A DNA stretch of 64,000 nt from Candidatus Fermentibacterota bacterium (GTDB taxonomy: Bacteria > JAFGKV01): assembly GCA_016928395.1 (NCBI GenBank), contig JAFGKV010000036.1, positions 1 through 64,000 on the forward strand. The letters are read 5' to 3'. The notes beneath the pieces were generated by a model that had not been told where the DNA came from, made no database searches, and saw nothing but the letters and a program-made list of their open reading frames with translations. Below, one piece after another: positions 1-9,239 of the stretch. Numbering within the stretch: the first letter of the stretch is position 1; each line of letters opens with the position of its first letter. Made by a program: the position numbers and the translations under genes.

Positions 1-238
1 CGTTGCCCGCTCCCGGCGGGCGACGGGAGACGGTCGCCCGTGCGGCGATGGGGGCACGGTGCGCGAACCCCATGGGGGTGAACTCCTCGCAAAGAGAGCA
101 CGGTCTGCAGTCGAGGCTTGACAAGAGAGACCTGCCCATCCTGAATCCTGCCTCCATGGCCCAAGCCGCGGCGCCTCCGGCGCCCTGGCATGCTCTCCCC
201 CACTCGGCACGGCACTGTGATCGAATAGGAGCGCTCCC

Positions 239-2359
239 ATGCCCGAGAGTCACTCGCAGCCCGCTTCGCAGGCTCATTCTACCACGCCCTCCCCCCCGAT
301 GAAGACTATCTTCGGCTGGAACCCCTTCAAGGTCTTGTTCGCCATGGAGTATGTGCTCCAGGGACTGGCGAATCCCTTCCAGGGCATCACCTATCAGTCG
401 TTCTTCCGCCACTTCCGGTTCACCTACGGCATGTCGGAAGCAGCCACACAGAGCTTCTTCTCCCGCTCCTATCTCGCCTGGAGCTTCAAGCCCATCATCG
501 GCTTCCTCATGGATGCTTTTGGTAAGACGAAAGTCGCGTTGATCCTGCTGCTGGCCTCGGGCTCGGTCTTCTATGTACTCACCCCGTTCTTCGACACCTC
601 GGCCATCGTGTTCTTCTGGCTCATGTTCGTGCTCTCGATCTTCTTCGCGTGCACCGATGTGGCGGTGGATCGCTCGACGGTCATCACCGGAGATGAGGAG
701 AGCAAGAGCACCGGGCGGTCCAAGGCTGCCACCGTCGGGCTGAACCAGGCCATCTGTTGGGCCGCCATCTACGGCACCAGCATCATCGGCGGTGCCTCGG
801 GAGGCTGGATCGCCGACAATATTCCCATCAAGTACCTGTTGTTTGGGCTCGCCGCCGTGCCGCTCATTGTGCTCCTCGTCGTGCTCCGCCTGCCCAAGGA
901 CACCGCCCATTCCATTCCCATCAAGAACTCCGTGCGCAACTTCTGGGACGGCCTGAATACCGGCCCCATTCTGTGGATCGTGGTCTTCTACTTCCTGTTT
1001 CACTTCCAGCCGGCCCTGGGCGCCCTGTGGACGAACTACTTGATCACCAGCATCCACTTCTCGCAAACGAACATCGGCTATGCCGACGGCATCTCCTACT
1101 TCGGCTACTTCTTGGGTGTGCTCTGGTTCGCAAAGCATGGCATCAAGTGGCAGGACAGGTTCGGTATGAAGGCCGTGTTTCGAGTCTTCATCATCCTGAG
1201 CATCTGCGCGAATCTGACCCAGTACGCGCTGGTCGAACCCTGGTTCTCCAAGATCACCACCACGATCCACTCGGTGTTGCCCGGCACGGGCTCATGGTCA
1301 GGGGAACGGGAGTATGAGCAGTTTCCCGATATCCCTGAAGGATTTGGGGCGCGTCACTACTGGCTGGAGCGAATCGGGATCGATGGCACTACGCAAACCT
1401 TCGGGCCCCTCACGGTCATGTCGGCTTCTGCCGACGAGGCAGCAGCCTCCGATCCCTCGATGGAGGAGTCGCAAGAGATAACGGCAGCGATGCCGGCTGA
1501 CTCCGGCTCGGCCGCAATCCCGTCGCCCGTGGTGGGGCAAATTCAGGCGGAATTCCTGCAAGGCCAGGGCCTCCCCCTCACGGTTACCGTTGCGCCGGGT
1601 GCGGCCCAGCCCGATACGGTTCGCTGGACGACCGACGGAGAATCCGGCCTGTATGGCTTCCGCCTACTCCGGCAGGTAGATGGTGAGGACGAGCCGACAA
1701 GTCTGACCGACTGGGTCATCCCCGGCGGCAGACTGGGCGCGGTACGCTGGGGCTACTATGCCGTGTACAACTTCTTCATGTCCATCGTCATCTCATTCAT
1801 CCGCATGAGCACGTTCAGTCTCGTGGGCGCGGTGATTCCGGTCGCCGCGGCAGGATCGCTGTTTGCGGGCTTCATGTCAGTCGCCAACCTCGCCTATTCG
1901 TTCTCCTATGCCAGCGGTTCCTGGCTCTACGACAACGGCCTCAACCTGGGCATCTTCAGAACCCTGCAGGGCACCCTGTTCGGTATACCGTCGGCTCCTG
2001 GGGACACAATGTCCATCGCCTTGCTCATCTTCATCGGGTCCATGGCCTACCTGCTGAGTTTTGTGGCGGTTCGAATGCTGCCGGATAGGCGCCATACCCA
2101 GGCCGCGGAAGATGCGGGCGACTACCTGGTTGGGCCTGAGCACTTCAAGGTCTTGGGCGATAGGCTGCTACGCTGGATCAACCGCGTGACCCTTGTGGTG
2201 GCCATCGCGTTGTTCGCCGCGCTGGTGTTCGTCGCAGGCCTCGATGTGATCGCCGGCGCTATCGTGAGCTTCTTCCTGGCGACCTTCATGCGGAAGGTTT
2301 ACCTGGATATGCGCCACACGCAGTACGTGCGAACCCACGGACCTCGTGCGCGCGCATAG
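239..2359 (+). CDS. MFS transporter, folate-biopterin (BT1)-like, with a ~150-aa soluble insertion
   Basis: Many hydrophobic helices; motifs WSFKPIIGFLMD and DVAVD typical of BT1/MFS; AGGAG RBS before ATG 239 (alternative ATG 299); hydrophilic insert at about nt 1277-1730. Confidence 0.75.
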   Translation: MPESHSQPASQAHSTTPSPPMKTIFGWNPFKVLFAMEYVLQGLANPFQGITYQSFFRHFRFTYGMSEAATQSFFSRSYLAWSFKPIIGFLMDAFGKTKVALILLLASGSVFYVLTPFFDTSAIVFFWLMFVLSIFFACTDVAVDRSTVITGDEESKSTGRSKAATVGLNQAICWAAIYGTSIIGGASGGWIADNIPIKYLLFGLAAVPLIVLLVVLRLPKDTAHSIPIKNSVRNFWDGLNTGPILWIVVFYFLFHFQPALGALWTNYLITSIHFSQTNIGYADGISYFGYFLGVLWFAKHGIKWQDRFGMKAVFRVFIILSICANLTQYALVEPWFSKITTTIHSVLPGTGSWSGEREYEQFPDIPEGFGARHYWLERIGIDGTTQTFGPLTVMSASADEAAASDPSMEESQEITAAMPADSGSAAIPSPVVGQIQAEFLQGQGLPLTVTVAPGAAQPDTVRWTTDGESGLYGFRLLRQVDGEDEPTSLTDWVIPGGRLGAVRWGYYAVYNFFMSIVISFIRMSTFSLVGAVIPVAAAGSLFAGFMSVANLAYSFSYASGSWLYDNGLNLGIFRTLQGTLFGIPSAPGDTMSIALLIFIGSMAYLLSFVAVRMLPDRRHTQAAEDAGDYLVGPEHFKVLGDRLLRWINRVTLVVAIALFAALVFVAGLDVIAGAIVSFFLATFMRKVYLDMRHTQYVRTHGPRARA

Positions 2360-2386
2360 CCGACCGTTTCTGAGTAGCCCTACCCT

Positions 2387-2421
2387 GCAGTTGTGGAGCC
2401 CTGGACGGGCTCCACAACTGC
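2387..2421. repeat. Perfect 15-bp inverted repeat (REP-like or terminator-like hairpin)
   Basis: GCAGTTGTGGAGCCC-TGGAC-GGGCTCCACAACTGC just after the MFS stop; no U-tract follows. Confidence 0.7.
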
Positions 2422-2508
2422 CCTCGGGCATGGAGCCGGCACGAGCTTTCCTGGCTTTGGGCATGGCCACCAGAGCCGTGTTCGCATATCACCCGGCGGG
2501 CAACTCCG

Positions 2509-5500
2509 GTGAATGAACTCGAGAACCTGACCAAGGCCATCGCCGCCCTGGAAGCCCAGCGCCGGGCGCTGGGCGACGACGTGGTGGAGTCGGCCCTGGT
2601 GCCCCTTCGGGCGGAGGTCACACGCCTTCGAGGAAATCACTCCGCGGAACAACGACGCCTCGTAACCGTTCTGTTCGCCGACCTGGCAGGCTTCACTGAG
2701 ATGTCCGGAAGGATGGATCCGGAGGACCTTCAGCAGATCATGAGCGCCTATTTCGGTCGCTGGAAGGCCGAGATCGAGCATCACGGCGGCCGTGTCGAAA
2801 AGTTCATCGGCGATGCGGTCGTGGCAGTGTTCGGCCTGGCTGTGGCCCGGGAGGACGACGCGGAATCCGCCGTTCGTGCCGCTTTGGCCATGCGACAAGA
2901 CCTGCATACGCTCAACCACGGATGGCAAAGCCAGGGCGTCCATCTGGCCATGCGCGTCGGTATCCATACCGGCATTGTGATGGTGTCATGCGTGGGGGAT
3001 CAACATGATGGAGATTTCATCGCCGTTGGAGATGCGGTGAATGTGGCCAGTCGTCTCCAGAGCGCCGCCCCCGTTGGCGGGGTTCTCATTTCTCATGAGA
3101 CCTTCACCCACGTGCGCGGCCTCTTCGAGACTGAGGAACTGCCGCCATTGTCGATCAAAGGCAAAGACGAACCCATTCTGGCTCATCTGATCCACGGAGT
3201 ACGGCCGCGCGCCTTCCAGTCTGCATCAAGGGGAACTCCCGGCCTGAACACACGTTTCGTTGGACGAGACGCGGAGCTCGTCACGATGCATCAGGCATAT
3301 CGGGACACGTGGGAACGCGGTGCAAGACTCGTGTTCATCGTGGGGGACGCGGGTGTGGGCAAGAGCCGGCTGCTTCTGGAATTCACCCGCGAGATCACCC
3401 AGCACGAGCCGTGCGTCCAGTATCTCAGAGCGAGGGCGTTTCCCCACACCAGTGAAGTCCCCTCCGCCGTGCTGCGCACCGCGTTCGCATCCCGTTTCGG
3501 GATTCTTGAGAACGACTCATGCGCGGAGGCCCAGGCCAAGTTCGAACGCGGAGCTGTCCCGTACTTCACGCAGCACGGAACGAAGAAGGCGTCTGTGCTG
3601 GGCTCCTGGCTGGGTTTCGAGTTCTCTCATCCCCACCTCGCTCTCCTTCGCGATGATCCCGGACAGCTTCGAGATCGTGCATCCGCGCATCTTGTGGAGC
3701 TCATGCGCGGCATGGCCGCCTCATCCCGCATGGTGGTGCTGCTTGACGACACTCACTGGGCCGATGCCCAATCCTTGACCATGATCGCGCACCTCCTCGC
3801 TCATGTAGACGTTCCTTTCCTCGTACTCGCCGGCACCCGGCCTCCCGTACCGGGGCAGCAGCCCCGGTGGGCCGACAGCGGGGAACTCCCCTCGGACCGA
3901 CTCGTCCGAATCGATCTGGCGCCCCTTTCCGGCGAAGCCACCCGGGCTCTGGCCTTGGACATCGTCAGACACGTTGCACCCATCGCTGAACCCCTGCTCT
4001 CTTTGGTGATCCGTCGTGCTGAAGGCAATCCGTATTTCCTCGAAGAGCTTCTGAGAATGCTTCTGGAGCACAGAGAGACGCCCCGAGCCGAACGTCTCGC
4101 ATCGGATTCCCTGCCGACTGCCATTCCCTCCACACTGGCGGGGGTCCTTCAGGCCAGGCTCGACAGTCTCCCCCATGCTGAGAAAACCCTGCTACAGCAA
4201 GCCTCGGTCATCGGAAGAGTCTTCTGGCGCAGCGCCCTGATCCACCTTTTATCAACCGAGGAAGCTCCCAGCGACGAGACACTGGATGGGATTCTGCGGT
4301 CTCTTCTGGATCGCCAACTGGTATTCCACAGGCCGCACTCCACATTCGCAGGAACTGAGGAGTTTGTCTTCAAGCACGCGCTGCTTCACGAGACGATCTA
4401 CGAAACCGTGCTGAAGCGCCACCGCGTGATCCTGCATGAGCGAACCGCCCGGTGGCTCGAGGAGGTCGCCGCGGCCGGCGGACGCAGCGACGAGTATGCC
4501 GCAGTCATCGCCCAGCACATGGAACGGGCCGAAGACCCTGATGCCGCCCGGTGGTATGTGCGGGCAGGAGGACACGCCGCGGCTCGCTTCGCCAATGCCG
4601 ATGCGCTCCGGCATGTGAACAGAGCCCTTCAGCTTGCCCCTCAGGATCTTCCCCTGCGTTTCGATGCGCTCCTCGTCAGGGAGAGCGTGCACAAAGTGAC
4701 CGCGGATCGACCCGCCCAGGCCCAGGACCTGGCACTCCTCGCTGGAGTGGCTGAAGCCCTGGCGGACCGCCGCCGCATGGTAACCGTGGCCATCCGTGCG
4801 GCCCATCACGCCTATGTGTCCGCCGACTTCGACGCCGCCCTGACCTCTGCCGAGGAAGCCACGCAGTTGGCCTCGCTGCTCGATCTGCCTGCAGCACAAG
4901 GAGAAGCCTGCGTCGTACGCGCCAAGGTTCTATGGCGACGGGGCGAGTATGTCGAATCACGTTCCGCTGCGACTCGGGCTCTGGAACTGGCTGAGCTGAG
5001 CGGCGAGGCCAGTCTCAAGGTGAAGTGCCTGGAGGCGATGGCTCACGTCGACGCCCATGAAGGCCGATATATGGAGGCCATGAACCTGGAAGAAGAAGCC
5101 TTGTCGCTGGCCAGAACCAGCGGAGACCTTGCCCGGGAGGCGTCGGCACTGAGCAATATGGGAAACCTTGCATGGTACATGGAAGACACCGAGAGTGCAC
5201 AGAGATATCTCCTGGAATCCCTGCGTCTGCGCAGCGAAATCGGTGATCGTCGTGGCGAGAGCCGGGTGCTCACGAGTTTGGGCAATGTGGCCCGCACCCG
5301 CTGGGAGCTGGAAGCATCGGTCGGCTATCAGGAGGAGAGTCTCCGTCTCTCGCGCAGTATCGATGATCTCGTGGGAATCAGTACGGCGCTGGCAAATCTC
5401 GGGGAAGATCTCCGGCTCCTGGGGCTCTTCGATAGGGCCCGCCCGTGTCTGGAAGAAGCGTTGGCCATGAACCGGCAGTTGGGCAACCGCAACGCGGAGT

Positions 5501-6081
5501 GCATCGTGCGGGGAAACCTGGGGCTGCTCTGTCTCGCAGAGGGGTCGTTGGAAGAAGCGAAACAGTGTTTTGAGGAGGGTCTTCGGGTGGCCCGCCAGCT
5601 CGCCACTACCGGCATGGAGATGTACTTCGCTCCATACCTGGGGAGGACGCTTCTTGATCTCGGGCACTTCAACGAAGCGCTCCCCTTGCTCCAGCAGGCG
5701 GTCTCCACAGGCGATGCGGCCGTCGTGCCGGAGGCGTCGGCCTCGCTTGCCCTGCTGCACCTGGCTCTGGGAGATCGGGTGCAGGCGCGATTCTGGGCGG
5801 ATCGAATCGCCTCAATGGACGAACACGCCATCAGCCGGGCTGATGACCCCGCGTGGGTGATGCTGGCCCGCTATGAGGCAATGAAGGCCTGCGGACAGCC
5901 CGGCGCGGAGGCGGTGGCGGAGGCCGGGTGGGGGTGGGTTCAGGCCGTTGCGGCCCGCATCGGAGACAGTGCTCTCCGGACATCGTACCTTGAAGCGATC
6001 AAAAGCCATCGCGTGCTGGCCGCCCTGCACAAGGCCCAGAGCTCAGGAACAGCGGACCAGGAAGAGAGCGCTCATGGGTAA
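2509..6081 (+). CDS. Class III adenylate/guanylate cyclase + AAA/STAND ATPase + TPR protein
   Basis: FADLAGFT, EKFIGDA and GDAVNVASRLQ cyclase motifs; Walker A GDAGVGKS; Walker B LLDDTHWAD; GNPYFLEE; C-terminal TPR repeats; GTG start. Confidence 0.92.
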   Translation: MNELENLTKAIAALEAQRRALGDDVVESALVPLRAEVTRLRGNHSAEQRRLVTVLFADLAGFTEMSGRMDPEDLQQIMSAYFGRWKAEIEHHGGRVEKFIGDAVVAVFGLAVAREDDAESAVRAALAMRQDLHTLNHGWQSQGVHLAMRVGIHTGIVMVSCVGDQHDGDFIAVGDAVNVASRLQSAAPVGGVLISHETFTHVRGLFETEELPPLSIKGKDEPILAHLIHGVRPRAFQSASRGTPGLNTRFVGRDAELVTMHQAYRDTWERGARLVFIVGDAGVGKSRLLLEFTREITQHEPCVQYLRARAFPHTSEVPSAVLRTAFASRFGILENDSCAEAQAKFERGAVPYFTQHGTKKASVLGSWLGFEFSHPHLALLRDDPGQLRDRASAHLVELMRGMAASSRMVVLLDDTHWADAQSLTMIAHLLAHVDVPFLVLAGTRPPVPGQQPRWADSGELPSDRLVRIDLAPLSGEATRALALDIVRHVAPIAEPLLSLVIRRAEGNPYFLEELLRMLLEHRETPRAERLASDSLPTAIPSTLAGVLQARLDSLPHAEKTLLQQASVIGRVFWRSALIHLLSTEEAPSDETLDGILRSLLDRQLVFHRPHSTFAGTEEFVFKHALLHETIYETVLKRHRVILHERTARWLEEVAAAGGRSDEYAAVIAQHMERAEDPDAARWYVRAGGHAAARFANADALRHVNRALQLAPQDLPLRFDALLVRESVHKVTADRPAQAQDLALLAGVAEALADRRRMVTVAIRAAHHAYVSADFDAALTSAEEATQLASLLDLPAAQGEACVVRAKVLWRRGEYVESRSAATRALELAELSGEASLKVKCLEAMAHVDAHEGRYMEAMNLEEEALSLARTSGDLAREASALSNMGNLAWYMEDTESAQRYLLESLRLRSEIGDRRGESRVLTSLGNVARTRWELEASVGYQEESLRLSRSIDDLVGISTALANLGEDLRLLGLFDRARPCLEEALAMNRQLGNRNAECIVRGNLGLLCLAEGSLEEAKQCFEEGLRVARQLATTGMEMYFAPYLGRTLLDLGHFNEALPLLQQAVSTGDAAVVPEASASLALLHLALGDRVQARFWADRIASMDEHAISRADDPAWVMLARYEAMKACGQPGAEAVAEAGWGWVQAVAARIGDSALRTSYLEAIKSHRVLAALHKAQSSGTADQEESAHG

Positions 6082-6138
6082 CCCGCCAGTTCGTTCGGAC
6101 GTGGACCGGCTACGGTCTGACTACCCTGGAGGATAGAA

Positions 6139-6903
6139 ATGCAGGTACTGGGAATCGACGTTGGAGGCTCCGCTGTCAAAGGGCTTCCGGTGGACACGGA
6201 TGCGGGAGCGACCCTCGCCGAGCGAGTGCGCATTCCCACGCCCGAACCGGCAACGCCCGAGGCCGTGGCGGAGGCAGTCAAACAGGTGGCAGCCTCATTC
6301 GGGTGGAGCGGTCCCATGGGGTGCGGATTCCCGGCGGTGGTGCAGAACGGCATGGTGCGCACCGCGGCCAATATCGATCCTGGGTGGATCGGTGCCGATG
6401 TCGCCGCCTTGCTCTCCACGGCAACAGGCTGCCCAACGACGGTGCTCAACGATGCCGACGCCGCGGGCCTCGCAGAAATGCGGTTCGGCGCCGGAAGGAA
6501 TGCCAGCGGCGTGGTTGTGGTAGTGACGGTTGGCACGGGGCTGGGTACTGCGGTCTTCACCAATGGAAAGCTCCTGCCCAACTCTGAACTCGGCCACCTT
6601 CTCCTCCACGACATGAAGGCCGAACACTATGCCTCGGACGCCGCGCGCAAGCGGCTCGACCTGTCGTGGGACGACTGGGGCGGCCGGTTCAACGAGTACC
6701 TCCGGCATCTGGAGAGCCTGTTCTGGCCGACCCTCATCATCATCGGCGGCGGCGCCAGCAAGAAGTTCGACAGGTTCTCAGGATCCCTGGTGCTCCGCAC
6801 GCCGGTGGTGCCTGCCTTCCTGCGCAACGATGCCGGCATGATCGGCGCCGCGGCGGCCGCTGCGGAGCGACGGGCGGGAGGAACATCGCGGGGTGAAGGG
6901 TAG
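6139..6903 (+). CDS. ppgK: Polyphosphate/ATP glucokinase (ROK family)
   Basis: [41 protein letters not shown] motifs; GGAGG RBS. Confidence 0.88.
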   Translation: MQVLGIDVGGSAVKGLPVDTDAGATLAERVRIPTPEPATPEAVAEAVKQVAASFGWSGPMGCGFPAVVQNGMVRTAANIDPGWIGADVAALLSTATGCPTTVLNDADAAGLAEMRFGAGRNASGVVVVVTVGTGLGTAVFTNGKLLPNSELGHLLLHDMKAEHYASDAARKRLDLSWDDWGGRFNEYLRHLESLFWPTLIIIGGGASKKFDRFSGSLVLRTPVVPAFLRNDAGMIGAAAAAAERRAGGTSRGEG

Positions 6904-6906
6904 CCC

Positions 6907-7851
6907 GTGAGCCGCCGTGTACACATTCCGCTGCTGGTCAGGCTCCTCGCGAGCCTCTTCCTGCTGACGACCCTCCTCCCCCTGGGATACCTCCGGTGGA
7001 TGCCGCCTCCGACCTCATCCTTCATGCTGCAGCAGAAGGCCGCCGCCCGCAAGAAGGGCGACACGTCCTTCAGGCTGGAGTACCGCTGGGTCTCCTGGGA
7101 CAGAATCGCTTCTTCGGCGGCCGTGGCGGTTGTCGCCGCCGAAGATCAGAAATTCAAAGATCACAACGGATTCGACACGGAGTCCATCGAAGAAGCCTGG
7201 GACAGCCGTCATACGACGAAGCGCCCCCGCGGCGCCAGCACCATCTCCCAGCAGGTGGCCAAGAACCTGTTCCTCTGGCCTGGAAAGACATTTCTTCGCA
7301 AAGGGCTGGAGGCCTACTACACGGTCTTCATCGAGCTACTGTGGCCGAAGAGGCGAATCATCGAGGTCTACCTGAACATCGCCGAGTTCGGCAGGGGCAC
7401 CTTCGGCGTCGGCGCGGCAAGCGAGCGGTTCTTCGGCAAGCCGCCCTCCCGACTCACTGATCGCGAAACCGCGCTCCTGGCCGCCGTGCTTCCCAGCCCG
7501 CTGCGCATGCACGCCGACCGCCCCTCCGCCTATGTCGAGGGGCGGGTCGCCTGGATCCTCGGCCAGATGGCGCAACTGGGTGGCGCGGGGTATCTGAAGG
7601 GTTGGGGATACGAACGCGACCGGAATTGGCCGCGCACCAGGAAGCCGCCGCGAACTACGGCCGCACCCTCCGCTCCCGACGCAGACGGGGCGGCGGCTGC
7701 CAGTCATCCGTTACGAGCCCTCGAAACAGTGACAGGCCATTGCGCTTCAGGATCTCGGAATACTCCCGCACCATCGCCGGGTTGGGGAACACCCTCTGCA
7801 GCAGGGCGTCCGAGGCTGTGCCGTCCAGAAGGCCCTCCCGAACGTTCATGA
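6907..7851 (+). CDS. mtgA: Monofunctional biosynthetic peptidoglycan transglycosylase, with a low-complexity C-terminal tail
   Basis: GT51 motifs [38 protein letters not shown]; the recognisable domain ends near nt 7600. Confidence 0.9.
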   Translation: MSRRVHIPLLVRLLASLFLLTTLLPLGYLRWMPPPTSSFMLQQKAAARKKGDTSFRLEYRWVSWDRIASSAAVAVVAAEDQKFKDHNGFDTESIEEAWDSRHTTKRPRGASTISQQVAKNLFLWPGKTFLRKGLEAYYTVFIELLWPKRRIIEVYLNIAEFGRGTFGVGAASERFFGKPPSRLTDRETALLAAVLPSPLRMHADRPSAYVEGRVAWILGQMAQLGGAGYLKGWGYERDRNWPRTRKPPRTTAAPSAPDADGAAAASHPLRALETVTGHCASGSRNTPAPSPGWGTPSAAGRPRLCRPEGPPERS

Positions 7852-9124
7852 GTACGTGGTGCCGTCTTCTGAAGTGCTCGATCGACTTTGCGGAACCGCA
7901 CGCTGCCGAGCCAGCTATGGCGACTACCACGAGCCCTGACAGCAGATTCCGCAAGACCCGACTCACACGTGGCTGAGCCTGCCCCGTCTGCATGGCCGCC
8001 CAGAGTATGCTCAGATTCATGAGCCAAAACGGGATGGACATCGTTGCGTAACGAGACTGGAGGGCGCCCTCAGGCCCACCCGCTATTCGTCCGTACGCGG
8101 CCAGGCTCGCGCTGCCGAGGGAATAGACGCCAATCGCCAAGAATGGTGACAGCCGACGGATCGCCATCCTTCCATCCTTCGATGCACGAAGACCGACAAT
8201 GCCCCAGACAGCGATGAGCAGGCCAAGAAGTCCGGCAAAGCGCACGTGTTCTGATGTCAACGGCGCTCCAAGGAAGGTCAGAACGAAGCCCCCGTAGGCC
8301 GCCGGGTCCTCAATCACGTGGCGAAGAGGAAGCCGCAGGCCCGTGGAATGGTGGCCCTCCAGATGGAAGTTGTCGAAGTATGACAGGATAACCAAAGAGG
8401 CGACGCTCAACCAGATCGTCGCCGCCCCAACGCGCCTGGCCTTCGTCGCGCCCGGCGCGAACGCGATCAGTGCGGCGCCCAGGGGCCACACCAGCAGACC
8501 ATTCCCCATGGAGTACGAGCTGATGACCCCTGCCACCACTGCACCAGAGAGAGCGCCCACGGCTAGGCCCGAACTCGAAAGAAAAACCAGAGCCACTACG
8601 GCTGAGAGAGCGTTCAGGAAGAAGGTCGGCCCCATGAGCCAGTTCTGGTACTGCACCAATGAGAACACCAGCAGCGAATAGCACGGCACGATCGGGGGGG
8701 GTCGACCGGCGATGGTACGGAGTGCTCCGGAGTAGCTGCCAAGGACCAAGAGCATGCCCCCTGCCAGTGCAACGTTGAGCCGCATTTCCCAGATCAGGTT
8801 CCACCGCGTCAGCCGCCCCATCGCTACCATGACGATTCTGGGGAAAAGTGGCCGATGCTCGCAATGCTGGGACCGCAGATCGACGAGCCGAGGGCCGCCC
8901 TCATACTCAAAGGCAAGCTGCATGGTCGGCACCATGTCCCACTGATCCATGTAGGGAACATCCACACCGTAGCGCTCGATCATTGCGACAAGAAAGACCG
9001 CCGGCAGTGCAGACAACAGAATCAGGCTGGTCGCACGCGCGCGGCGTGCAAGCGCACGACCCCGCAAGAGAGGATCCCCGGCGCGGTCTCGGAAGTCACC
9101 CGAACCCTCTCCGAGATCGTCCAT
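7655..9124 (-). CDS. Polytopic membrane protein, probable GT-C-fold glycosyltransferase
   Basis: N-terminal DVPYMDQWD...QHCEHRPLFPR loop, many TM helices, late SRY motif. Start uncertain (ATG 9124 or 9160). Confidence 0.6.
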   Translation of the reverse strand: MDDLGEGSGDFRDRAGDPLLRGRALARRARATSLILLSALPAVFLVAMIERYGVDVPYMDQWDMVPTMQLAFEYEGGPRLVDLRSQHCEHRPLFPRIVMVAMGRLTRWNLIWEMRLNVALAGGMLLVLGSYSGALRTIAGRPPPIVPCYSLLVFSLVQYQNWLMGPTFFLNALSAVVALVFLSSSGLAVGALSGAVVAGVISSYSMGNGLLVWPLGAALIAFAPGATKARRVGAATIWLSVASLVILSYFDNFHLEGHHSTGLRLPLRHVIEDPAAYGGFVLTFLGAPLTSEHVRFAGLLGLLIAVWGIVGLRASKDGRMAIRRLSPFLAIGVYSLGSASLAAYGRIAGGPEGALQSRYATMSIPFWLMNLSILWAAMQTGQAQPRVSRVLRNLLSGLVVVAIAGSAACGSAKSIEHFRRRHHVLMNVREGLLDGTASDALLQRVFPNPAMVREYSEILKRNGLSLFRGLVTDDWQPPPRLRRERRVRP

Positions 9125-9239
9125 GGGGATACCGTGCGCGTTGCGGGACCAAGCGTTCATGCCATCACTGACTCTTCGACGAACCGCGCAGCCTGACTCT
9201 GAGTCGCCGGGTTCCAGCGCCGCGGAAAGTGACCAGGCC

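Noticed and set aside
1-146. Alternative hairpins at 1-40 and TTGACA at 118-123 as a riboswitch or promoter for the MFS gene
   Set aside because: No recognisable aptamer consensus, no properly spaced -10 box, and the region is cut by the window start.
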